64,000 nt of DNA from Candidatus Brocadiia bacterium (lineage in GTDB: Bacteria; Planctomycetota; Brocadiia; SM23-32): NCBI GenBank assembly GCA_046538485.1, contig JBKHIT010000022.1, positions 1 to 64,000 on the forward strand, written 5' to 3'. This document shows positions 9,453 through 18,195 of this stretch, one piece after another. Both the position numbers and the translations under genes were made by a program. Numbering within the stretch: the first letter of the stretch is position 1; the number at the start of each line of letters is the position of its first letter. Below the pieces are notes generated by a model. It searched no databases and was not told the DNA's origin. It saw only the letters and a program-made list of their open reading frames with translations.

Positions 9453-11639
9453 CTACATCAGCGGATCCATTTCAAGCACGGGATGGTTCACTTTTTGCAA
9501 ATGTTCCAGAAGTTCTTGCGGATCGCCCTCAACAATTGTCTCGTCAGCGATCTGGTCGTAGAGATCCGGTTGTCCGATACTTTCGCACTGCTCTCGCAGT
9601 TCGTCGCCAAGATCTTCCTTCAGGTCCTTGGGCATCCAGACGATGCGCCGAAGGCCACCTTCGTAGCTGATGAACTTGTCGCTGAGCATGTAGCGTCGTC
9701 CCACGCCGAGGAAGCCGGGCGTCTGAACCCCACCGCCAACCTGACCGGCCAGAGTGCTGAAAGGCATCCCAATCGGCGTATCTCCACCGTATTCGCGGTT
9801 TACAACCAGGAAACCGTTTGCATGGGGAACAATGGCCACGATGCACTCGAAACATCCGCAGGAAGTCATCGGATGGTTCATGATTGAATACTGGCAGTAT
9901 CTCTCGACGTTACGGTTGCTGTGTTCGTAAACGAACTGGTTGACGTTCTCCCATTCGCCCATTTGCTCGTCGATTGTCTTCCCCTTGGGGATAGGCTGAT
10001 TGCAGCCTTCGGGGCTGATCTGGTGAGCTGCTTTGCAGTCAAGCCAGCTGTAAGCTCCACACAGGCCCAGCCGCTCGGGGCTGACCACGCAGACGTGATC
10101 CGGCGCAAAAGTCTGGCAGAGGGTGCAGGAATAGTAAACATCAACGTTCTCGTCCTTCATCCCTTCGACCTTTGCATCACGCTCGTGGAAAGCCTCTTCG
10201 GCTCTCTGAAGCAGATCCTCCCGCTTTTCCGGATCAGTAATGAGTCGCACGGCCACTTTATCCACGATCTGCCCGTACTCATCATGAAGTTTCGCGTGGA
10301 TAATCGTCCCGATATGTTCGAGTCGGAATCCTTTGTCGTAGGCGTCTTTGCTAATACGGACCCAGGCGATGTTTCTCTGGCCCATATGCATCACGCCGCT
10401 GGCATGATTGACGTAGAGATGTATCTGGCGCTCGAGGATACCTTCAAAATCTTCCTGCATCTCACGCCCGGCCACAAGGACCTCGACGCCCAGGTCTTTG
10501 GCTCCTCCTTCCTCAACATCCTCAATGCCCTCACCGACAACCTCGATGGAGCCATCGTCGATCTCGTCCATTTCAACGAGGCGGAGGTATTCCACGCAAT
10601 GGGAATGTTTGCCACCAAATTCAAGCTGCAGGTCGTCCCGCCTGACACGTTCGCCTTCAAAAGCGGCCGCAAACGGGACGGGCACGTCGACCTCTTCCAC
10701 CTTCACTTTGACACCACGCGTCTCGATACATGTGGGGACCAGTTGCTCGTGGTCGGTTTCCCGGACGACAGCTTCGTAGGTCGTCACACCCGTGGGCAGA
10801 ACCTCGGGGGTTGTTTCATGGTCACTGATCACCGGGTAGCCCATCAGAATAGCCCCGGCGCCGGTCGCATACCAATCGTCCGGAATCTCACCGAAAGTGA
10901 TGCCGAACGCGAAGACGCGATCGCGGGAATATTGGAGAATTTTTTTGTATTCCCCCGGCTCCAGCCCACCGAAGGTCAGGGCACTGCGAACGGCCCAGTT
11001 CAGCACATGGATACCGTGTTTCGGTTCGGGACCGGTGGGAACGATGTAGGTATCCCATCCGGTCTGGACCTTCTCTTTTTTCAGCTGTTCCACCATCGTC
11101 TCGCCGTCACGGTTGGCGAACGGGAAAATCAGAATATTCCGCTTCTGCAACTCTTCTATAATCATCGCAGCTGTTGCACTATCGGGAGCAGGGCCAAGAA
11201 TGGCAGCAAACCCCGGCATCCGGCCATCGACCAGCTGGATACCGACCTCCCGCTGATTTGTATCAGTGAGAAAGCCGAGGAAGCCTTCCGGCGGTTCCCA
11301 GCCGTTCAGGTAATCGATCGCGCAGATAATCTCCTGGGCGAACATCGTCGCAGCACCTTCATCCAGACCGTGGCCCAGATAGGGAACCCACACTTCTTTC
11401 TCCGGGACCGGGTGCAACAGGTCGTTCCGGCAGTGTTCCAGAACCGGCTTCATCTCGCCCAGGGTCTGGACTTTGCGCCCAGTCAGGGCCAGGATCATCG
11501 GAAGTTGAAACGCCGTCTCGGGAAATCCAACTTCCTGATCTTCACCATACTCTTCGATTGCGCCCCTCAGTGCTTCTTCGGCCTGGTCAACAAACTGATG
11601 CGCGCCGCGGGCTACAGCGCTGAAAATCTTATGAGACAT
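9453..11639 (-). CDS. acsB: Acetyl-CoA synthase (bacterial type)
   Basis: A-cluster ligands CTLCQTFAPDHVC, LGLCGA and PMTSCGCFEC; 728 aa. Confidence 0.98.
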   Translation of the reverse strand: MSHKIFSAVARGAHQFVDQAEEALRGAIEEYGEDQEVGFPETAFQLPMILALTGRKVQTLGEMKPVLEHCRNDLLHPVPEKEVWVPYLGHGLDEGAATMFAQEIICAIDYLNGWEPPEGFLGFLTDTNQREVGIQLVDGRMPGFAAILGPAPDSATAAMIIEELQKRNILIFPFANRDGETMVEQLKKEKVQTGWDTYIVPTGPEPKHGIHVLNWAVRSALTFGGLEPGEYKKILQYSRDRVFAFGITFGEIPDDWYATGAGAILMGYPVISDHETTPEVLPTGVTTYEAVVRETDHEQLVPTCIETRGVKVKVEEVDVPVPFAAAFEGERVRRDDLQLEFGGKHSHCVEYLRLVEMDEIDDGSIEVVGEGIEDVEEGGAKDLGVEVLVAGREMQEDFEGILERQIHLYVNHASGVMHMGQRNIAWVRISKDAYDKGFRLEHIGTIIHAKLHDEYGQIVDKVAVRLITDPEKREDLLQRAEEAFHERDAKVEGMKDENVDVYYSCTLCQTFAPDHVCVVSPERLGLCGAYSWLDCKAAHQISPEGCNQPIPKGKTIDEQMGEWENVNQFVYEHSNRNVERYCQYSIMNHPMTSCGCFECIVAIVPHANGFLVVNREYGGDTPIGMPFSTLAGQVGGGVQTPGFLGVGRRYMLSDKFISYEGGLRRIVWMPKDLKEDLGDELREQCESIGQPDLYDQIADETIVEGDPQELLEHLQKVNHPVLEMDPLM

Positions 11640-11706
11640 TAGTACCTCCTGCTTGGTTGCTCTTTCTGGACAACAGGTTATGAGTCGCGTTCATATTTTC
11701 GGTGTG

Positions 11707-12477
11707 CTAACTTCGTTTGACGGCACCGACGGGACAGATCTCGTGGCAGGTGCCGCAGTGAATACATTCTTCCTGGTCTATCACAAACGGCTCGCCGACT
11801 TTACCCTTCTCCTCATCCTCGGGCTTCGCACGGGCCGGGGGTTTACCCCGTTTGCCATCAATGCAGTCAACGGGACAGTTCTTCGCACACCGTCCACAGC
11901 AGATGCATTCCTTGGAATCGATGTCGAATTTGACGCCGGGCCCGGCAGTTTCCGTCCGGGATTCATCCCTGAGCAGAGCATCGTATTGCTCGCTCTCCTC
12001 CCCTGCGTGAGCTTCCTCCACGGTAACGGTCACGAGTGCGGAAGTCGGACAGGCCCGCACGCAGTAAGGGTCGTCGCCCCCGGCAATTAATCCCTCACAG
12101 ACATCGCATTTGACCGCGACGTCTGCCTCCTCATCCCAGCTAACGGCCTCGTAGGGGCAGACCCTGACGCAGGCTTTGCAGCTGATGCATTTTTCGCGAT
12201 CGGTGAGGACCCGGCCGTCTTCGGCTTTATAGAGTGCACCGGTCGGGCAGGCCTCAACACACGGTGCATTTTCGCAGTGCCGGCACTGGACGGGCACGTT
12301 ATGGTCCTCAACATCAATGACGTGGACACGAGGGATCAGGTGGGCGTCCGAGAGCAATGCCTCGGCAATGTCCTCGAATCCCGCATGGGCCTTCGCACAC
12401 GCCAGCTCGCAGCTCTTACAGGCCACGCACCTGTCCACTCTGATCCGGACGGCACGCGAACTGGTAGCGGTAGTCAT
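11707..12477 (-). CDS. CooF/HydN-like Fe-S protein with an extra C-terminal 2x[4Fe-4S] ferredoxin domain
   Basis: Four CooF-type Cys motifs plus CICCGRCAKNCP and CIHCGTCHEICP. Start taken at MTTATSS. Confidence 0.88.
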   Translation of the reverse strand: MTTATSSRAVRIRVDRCVACKSCELACAKAHAGFEDIAEALLSDAHLIPRVHVIDVEDHNVPVQCRHCENAPCVEACPTGALYKAEDGRVLTDREKCISCKACVRVCPYEAVSWDEEADVAVKCDVCEGLIAGGDDPYCVRACPTSALVTVTVEEAHAGEESEQYDALLRDESRTETAGPGVKFDIDSKECICCGRCAKNCPVDCIDGKRGKPPARAKPEDEEKGKVGEPFVIDQEECIHCGTCHEICPVGAVKRS

Positions 12478-12496
12478 AGCGGAAATCCTTTCGGTA

Positions 12497-14455
12497 TCAT
12501 TCAGCAGGAGTCGGGGCTTCCTGAGTCGCTTCGCTAATTTCAAGCGGCTCATACATCATATCGTCCAACCCGAGGGCTTTACGTTTTTTGTCGATATGAT
12601 CGATCATAAGATGTGCAGCTTCGATCGGATCCCGTTCGAAGGCCAGTTTGCCGCCGAAATCCTCCTCCATTCCATCGGTAATATATTCCATAACTTTCGG
12701 CGCACCGACCACGGGGAATGGTTCCGCACAGACCGTGAAGACGCCGCTGGCGGCGAAATATGAGGCGATCGAGATGGCTTTCTCGCTCATCCATTCGGGT
12801 GCTGCGCCGGCGACCGGCAGTTCAGAGATGTCCTCTCCGATACCGCCTTCGTTAACCATCTCAACGCATGCCAGAAGAATTCGGCTGTTATCGACGCACG
12901 AACCCACGTGCAGGACCGGCGCACAACCGACGGCGGCACAGATCTCTTTCAGCCCATCTCCGGCATATTTCTCCGCCGCCTCCGGTTTCATCAGTCCGGC
13001 CTTGGCGCAAGCGATCGCGCTGCATCCAGTCTGGACCACCAGCACGTCATGACGGATCAGCTCTTTGACCATCTCCAGATGTCCCCAATCGTGGATAATC
13101 TTCACGTTATTGCAACCGACAACCCCCGCTACGCCGCGGAGACGTCCGTCAGCAATACCTCGGTTCAGCGGACGATAGAGGGGACGATAGAAGCCGCCGA
13201 GAGTGCGAAAGATGCTCTCGACCGTATGACCCGCAATCAGGTCTTCTTTCTGCTCGGGAACGACCGCATCTTCCGGGTCTCGTTCTTTGAACGCGTCGAT
13301 AGCCTTCTCGATAATTTCTTTTGCGATCTCCAGAGCACGGTCTTCCTCAAACTCAATATGTTCCAAACCTTCAAACTCGGCTTTCTTGGAGGTTGAAATC
13401 AGCCGAGTCGCAACATGATCGGAATAATTGGCGATAGCAGGGAAGATGCATTGAACATCAACGATCATCGCATCGACGGCGCCCGTGGAAAGAGCGAGTT
13501 CTTGCTGCAGAAAATTCCCGGCAACAGGTATACCGTGGCGCATCAAGATTTCATTGGCCGTGCAACAGATTCCGCTGAGCTGGATTCCATCGGCCCCCGC
13601 CTCCGAAGCTTTTTGCTGCATCTCCTTATCATAGGCAGCCGCTACAATCATCTCTGACAACGTCGGCTCATGACCGTGGACAATGACGTTTACAGCTTCA
13701 GGGCGGATCACACCGAGATTTGTCTTTGCTTTGATCGGGTCCGGGCCTCCGAAAAGCACGTCACTGGCGTCGGTGGCATACATGCTGCCCCCCCATCCAT
13801 CGGAAAGCGCGGTACGGAAGCCGGTCTTAACGATATGTATGGGATCGCTGTCTACACCTATGTGCGTCGCGTGCAGCGCCCGGACGATATCAGCGTCCAC
13901 GCCCGCGGGAGTCACACTCTGTTCTTTCCATTTCTTTTGGAGCGGCTCCGGCGCTCTTTCGACGGATCTCAATTCCCCTTCCTGGCGCCCAAAATCCGCC
14001 AGAGCGAGTTCAGCCACTTCCTGGGCAATGACACCGATCCCCTTGTCCTCGGTCTCAAGGCCATAAAACTCGGCAAGTTTCTTAAGTTTTTCCGGATTCT
14101 TAATCTCGTAATTCGAATCCTCGTCCTGTCCGGCCAGTCTGAGGGTATGGACCACGTCACGGCCATGGTCAGAGTGGGCCGCCGCACCGACAGCCGTATG
14201 TCGGACAAGATTTCGGGCGGCGATGACATCGGCCGTGGCTCCGCAAACACCGCATTCGGCGCCTTCACCGAACGGGTCAATGCGGCAGGGCCCGAGGACA
14301 CAATTCTTGCAGCAGAGCCCGAGTTCGCCGAAATCGCACTGCGGCTGAATAGCTTCGTATCGGTCCCATGCCAATTCGTAGCCCTGCTGGGCACTGTGGT
14401 CAATCATCTGCTGAGAAGCCGGATCTACGCTTTTGTTTTTCTTTTCGTCGGCCAT
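12497..14455 (-). CDS. cooS: Anaerobic Ni-CO dehydrogenase catalytic subunit
   Basis: QCDFGELGLCCKNCVLGPC, HGHEP, CCTANE, DVQCI, GCNN, GSCVDN and PEWMSEKA motifs. Start at MADEKK with GGAGG RBS. Confidence 0.98.
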   Translation of the reverse strand: MADEKKNKSVDPASQQMIDHSAQQGYELAWDRYEAIQPQCDFGELGLCCKNCVLGPCRIDPFGEGAECGVCGATADVIAARNLVRHTAVGAAAHSDHGRDVVHTLRLAGQDEDSNYEIKNPEKLKKLAEFYGLETEDKGIGVIAQEVAELALADFGRQEGELRSVERAPEPLQKKWKEQSVTPAGVDADIVRALHATHIGVDSDPIHIVKTGFRTALSDGWGGSMYATDASDVLFGGPDPIKAKTNLGVIRPEAVNVIVHGHEPTLSEMIVAAAYDKEMQQKASEAGADGIQLSGICCTANEILMRHGIPVAGNFLQQELALSTGAVDAMIVDVQCIFPAIANYSDHVATRLISTSKKAEFEGLEHIEFEEDRALEIAKEIIEKAIDAFKERDPEDAVVPEQKEDLIAGHTVESIFRTLGGFYRPLYRPLNRGIADGRLRGVAGVVGCNNVKIIHDWGHLEMVKELIRHDVLVVQTGCSAIACAKAGLMKPEAAEKYAGDGLKEICAAVGCAPVLHVGSCVDNSRILLACVEMVNEGGIGEDISELPVAGAAPEWMSEKAISIASYFAASGVFTVCAEPFPVVGAPKVMEYITDGMEEDFGGKLAFERDPIEAAHLMIDHIDKKRKALGLDDMMYEPLEISEATQEAPTPAE

Positions 14456-14680
14456 AAGTTTCCTCCGGGTAACTATCCGTTGAATTGACGTTTCGTTCGC
14501 AGGCCGCCCTGAAAGACCAGAATCACAGCCTGGGTGGCAAGTTCGCCCTCGGCCTTCGAGGCCAGAGCGCGCGCTACCAGGGTAGATACAGGGCAATCGC
14601 TGGATTGTTCTGGGAAGTTAAGGACCACCACACTGGCGTGGGGGCCGTACACAAAAAGCCGCCCCGTGTTCTTGGCTTTC

Positions 14681-15448
14681 TCAAACCGCAGGGGCGGAAA
14701 TGTGCGCCAGAATATCGCGGGCCCATTCCTTCTGGCGAGCGTCTCCTGTGTAAGGGCACCCGCCTTCCAGATCGGCAGCGGCGATTGTCTCGTTGTAAGA
14801 AATCCTCCCCGCTATCGGAAGCGGAGATAGTTGTTTTTCAATGAGCTCAACTTGTTCGTCAGATCTATATTTATTTATCACGACCTCAACCTCTTTCACT
14901 CCAATATCGGCGGCGAGGTCATGGATATCACGTGCGGTTTGTATGCTGCGGCGCCCGGGCGTCACGACCACCAACATCATATCAACCCCTTGAGCGGTGC
15001 CCCGTCCCAGATGCTCAATCCCGGCTTCCATATCGAGGATAACCGTTTGTTGTTTCTGAAATACCAGGTGATTCAGCAGAGATCGCACAAACGCATTTTC
15101 CGGGCACATACAACCGGTTCCACCCTTTTTCAGCCTGCCCATGCGCAAAAGTTTCACACCGTCAGCTTCGACGGAAAAACGCTCGGGGATATCATCAACT
15201 TTAGGATTGAGCGAAAAATACTGTCCTGCGCCCTGATCTGCCCCTGTGCGCTCTTTGATCAATTCCTCCAACTCAATGACCGGTTCCGGGGAACCATCTT
15301 CCCCCAGACCAAGCGCCATAGCCGCATTCGCATCCGGATCAGCGTCTATAAGAACGACCTCTTCATTCTGATCGGTAAGGTATCGTGCAAGTATAACTGC
15401 GATTGTTGTCTTGCCGGTTCCACCTTTGCCAGTAATTGCAAGCTTCAT
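14681..15448 (-). CDS. cooC: CODH nickel-insertion ATPase
   Basis: MKLAITGKGGTGKTT, DADPD, GCMCPEN and DMEAGIEHLGRGT motifs. Confidence 0.95.
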   Translation of the reverse strand: MKLAITGKGGTGKTTIAVILARYLTDQNEEVVLIDADPDANAAMALGLGEDGSPEPVIELEELIKERTGADQGAGQYFSLNPKVDDIPERFSVEADGVKLLRMGRLKKGGTGCMCPENAFVRSLLNHLVFQKQQTVILDMEAGIEHLGRGTAQGVDMMLVVVTPGRRSIQTARDIHDLAADIGVKEVEVVINKYRSDEQVELIEKQLSPLPIAGRISYNETIAAADLEGGCPYTGDARQKEWARDILAHISAPAV

Positions 15449-15735
15449 ACTTCTCCGTTCCAGCATTTTGGCGGCCCCGCTGTAGCGGACAACCGCCTTA
15501 CTACGCTCCAGCTCCGGTAAGAGCTGTTAATACACCGTGGCATCAAGATTCCTTGTAGGAACTCGCGCCTTCCGGTCAAATCACTCCAGATATGAATCCA
15601 CCAAATACGCTTATATTCTAATCAGCTTCCATCAACTCGTCAAGGAAACGATTCCGCACCGAAACACGCTTCAAAATGGGCCGAAAACCGAGCAGTAGTC
15701 TGCCCCCAATTCGCGCTCTTATGGCAAATTTCGGC

Positions 15736-17319
15736 TCAAAAATACATGTTCTCGGCCACGATGTAGGGAAAATCGGGTTCCCTCTCGTTGGGTTTGGCGT
15801 GTTCGATGCTTCTGGCCAGTTCTTCCGATTCTTCTCGGGTCGATTTCGACAAAAGCATTGCCCGGGCTCCGGCCAGCGCAGCATTGCCGATTCTGGCGGT
15901 TTTGGATGCCGCATCGGGCAACAATCCGATCAAAGCGGCATTTTCAACGTTGATGAAATTCCCAAATCCACCCGCAAGATACATCCTCTGCACAGCAGAA
16001 ATATCAACTCCGTAGTACTTCATCAGCAAATCCTGGTCAGCCCGCAACCCGGCTTTGGCTGTGATCAATTCGTAGATATCTTCCTGTGTAAGCTTTATTT
16101 TCTCGCTAATTTCAAAATCGTCTCTCAGCTTCGCTTTTCGGCTCATCGTCTCCGTGCGTAGCAACTCGGCCAACAAATCGATCAGACCCGAACCGCACAC
16201 GCCCACTGCAGGTTTGTTCCCGATGGTCTCATAATCGACGCGTCCGTTGTGCAACCATACGTTCTTAATCGCGCCTTCTATCGCCCCGGTCCCACAGCTC
16301 ACAGTAGCTCCTTCGTACGCCCCCCCGGCCGCGCACGAAGCGGTCATCATTTTTTTGCTGTTCCCAATCGCGACCTCACCGTTTGTCCCGATATCAATCA
16401 TCACATTCACCGCATCATCAAGATGCATCCCGGCCGCAATAATGTCTGCAAGCGCATCGGACCCGGCGTGTCCCCCGATCAAAGCCGGCCCATAAACCTG
16501 ACAGGAAGGATTCACCCGAAGGCCGATCTGGCGGGCGGTGGCATGGAGCGGATCGAGATTGCCCGCTTCATAGGGAATGACCCCGAGACTCTCAACCTTC
16601 TGCCCGAAAAAGATGTCTCGCATGGTGCTGTTACCAACAATCACCACTTCGTAAACTCGGTCGCGAAATTCTCCGGTTTCATCCGCGTGCTGGGCCAGCA
16701 GCTCGTTGATCCCATTGACAACCACTTTTTGCAATTGTTTCAAACCGCCTTCATGCTCCATCGTATACCCGATTCGGGAAATGACGTCGTTGCCGTAAGC
16801 AATCTGCGGATTCTTGCGGCTGAGGGTGGCCAACCGCCGGCCATCCTCCAGATCCACCAGCTCAACAACAACCGTCGTCGTCCCCACATCAATGGCAAGC
16901 CCGTAGATCTCACCCCGATGTGCCCCAAGATCCCCCGACTCATCGTGAACGACACGTCGGCCTTCCTGATGGACAAAGGGATCGAGGTCGATTTTGTCTT
17001 CCATCGAATCCGAAAGAATGCTGTAATTGCCAAAATCCTTCATAAACACCCGAACAGTGGCCGAAGTGTCGATCACCGAAGCCTGGCAGGCAAGACGCTC
17101 GTTTTCCCCAAGGTTGAACTCCCGTTCGGCCGCCGTCCGGTCGCTCAGAGCCCCCTCTCCCCTTTCGATGCGAACCACACATCGCCCGCATGTGCCCAAC
17201 CCTCCGCATTCAGACGCGATCTCGACGCCAAGTTTCTGGGCATGTTCCAGCAATGTACCTTCAAACAATTCGACTCCGTCGCGTCCCTTCCGGTACTGCG
17301 GGAAATAAAGACATCCCAT
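15736..17319 (-). CDS. Second, shorter ASKHA-type RACo corrinoid activator
   Basis: CGGLGTCGRC, DVGTTT, YGNDVISRI, GNSTM, DIGTNGE, GVCGSG and LAGGFG motifs. Confidence 0.9.
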   Translation of the reverse strand: MGCLYFPQYRKGRDGVELFEGTLLEHAQKLGVEIASECGGLGTCGRCVVRIERGEGALSDRTAAEREFNLGENERLACQASVIDTSATVRVFMKDFGNYSILSDSMEDKIDLDPFVHQEGRRVVHDESGDLGAHRGEIYGLAIDVGTTTVVVELVDLEDGRRLATLSRKNPQIAYGNDVISRIGYTMEHEGGLKQLQKVVVNGINELLAQHADETGEFRDRVYEVVIVGNSTMRDIFFGQKVESLGVIPYEAGNLDPLHATARQIGLRVNPSCQVYGPALIGGHAGSDALADIIAAGMHLDDAVNVMIDIGTNGEVAIGNSKKMMTASCAAGGAYEGATVSCGTGAIEGAIKNVWLHNGRVDYETIGNKPAVGVCGSGLIDLLAELLRTETMSRKAKLRDDFEISEKIKLTQEDIYELITAKAGLRADQDLLMKYYGVDISAVQRMYLAGGFGNFINVENAALIGLLPDAASKTARIGNAALAGARAMLLSKSTREESEELARSIEHAKPNEREPDFPYIVAENMYF

Positions 17320-17406
17320 TGTTCCGAATCTCCATCAAAACCAGCGCAAAAAAAAGCAATCAACGGTAACTGAAGACAAAAAGAGCCGCACCCTCACTTA
17401 TTTGTG

Positions 17407-17459
17407 TTGCATGAACTCTATTCGCATGTTATTCTATTGTTCAATAACATGAACGTCAA
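17407..17459. promoter_or_regulatory. Overlapping divergent sigma70-like promoters with palindromic operator GTTCA-N6-TGAAC (17439-17454)
   Basis: Minus strand: TTGACG(17459-54)-17 nt-TAGAAT(17436-31) toward the acs cluster. Plus strand: TTGCAT(17407-12)-17 nt-TATTCT(17430-35) toward the regulator. Operator GTTCAATAACATGAAC. Confidence 0.75.
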
Positions 17460-17476
17460 CCGAGGGGTTATAATTC

Positions 17477-17983
17477 ATGACAAAAGAACTCAGTTCCACT
17501 CTCGAGGACTATCTGGAAGCCATTTTCAGGCTCGAAACTGCAAAGGGATTCGCCAGAGTTCGCGACATCGCAGAGAACCTCGAAGTCGCTAAATCTGCCG
17601 TAACGGCCGCGATACAAAGTCTCTCTTCAAAAGGGTTCATCAACTACGAACCGTACGAACCGATAACGCTTTCAGAGAAAGGCCAAAAAAAGGCCGAGAA
17701 AATCGTCCTCCGCCATCGGATTATCGAAAACTTCCTGCAGAAAGTCCTCGGTATCGAGTATGAGCGTGCCGAAGCCGTCGCCTGCGGCATGGAACATGCC
17801 ATTGACGAAGATGCTCTTCAGCGGTTTATATGTTTTCTTGCTTTCCTCAATCAATCACCCGAGACCGGACAGGAATGGCTTCAGGATTTCCGGCAGTTTC
17901 TCGACGAAGGAGCCGAAGGGCAATCGTGCAAAGAATGCGTGGAAGCTTATAAAGCCACGCTCCACGAAAACACCGAAACGTAA
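17477..17983 (+). CDS. DtxR/MntR-family metal-dependent transcriptional regulator
   Basis: LEDYLEAIF, ARVRDIAENLEVAKSAVT HTH, RHRII..FL and ACGMEH motifs; C-terminal CKEC. Confidence 0.93.
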   Translation: MTKELSSTLEDYLEAIFRLETAKGFARVRDIAENLEVAKSAVTAAIQSLSSKGFINYEPYEPITLSEKGQKKAEKIVLRHRIIENFLQKVLGIEYERAEAVACGMEHAIDEDALQRFICFLAFLNQSPETGQEWLQDFRQFLDEGAEGQSCKECVEAYKATLHENTET

Positions 17984-18195
17984 TACAGCGCTCACTCCGG
18001 CTATTTGATCAACGACTGAATGATATCAGTGCCAACAGTATAACTGTTTTTTATCTTACGGCCAGTAAAATAAAGGGGCGCAGCTTCTTTTTGTTTCTGT
18101 TCGTCGTTGCAAAAAAGCACCTCGCGAAACAGTTCCTCGTGTCAACGTCCCCGGTATAGCCTGCAACCAATTCAGAAAAGACCAGAGGGCTCACA

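Noticed and set aside
4549..11642. Long plus-strand ORFs (4549-6255, 8176-9366, 9921-11642)
   Set aside because: Antisense shadows of acsD/acsE, acsC and acsB; no recognisable motifs.
17984..18195. SAM or cobalamin riboswitch upstream of metH
   Set aside because: No recognisable consensus elements.
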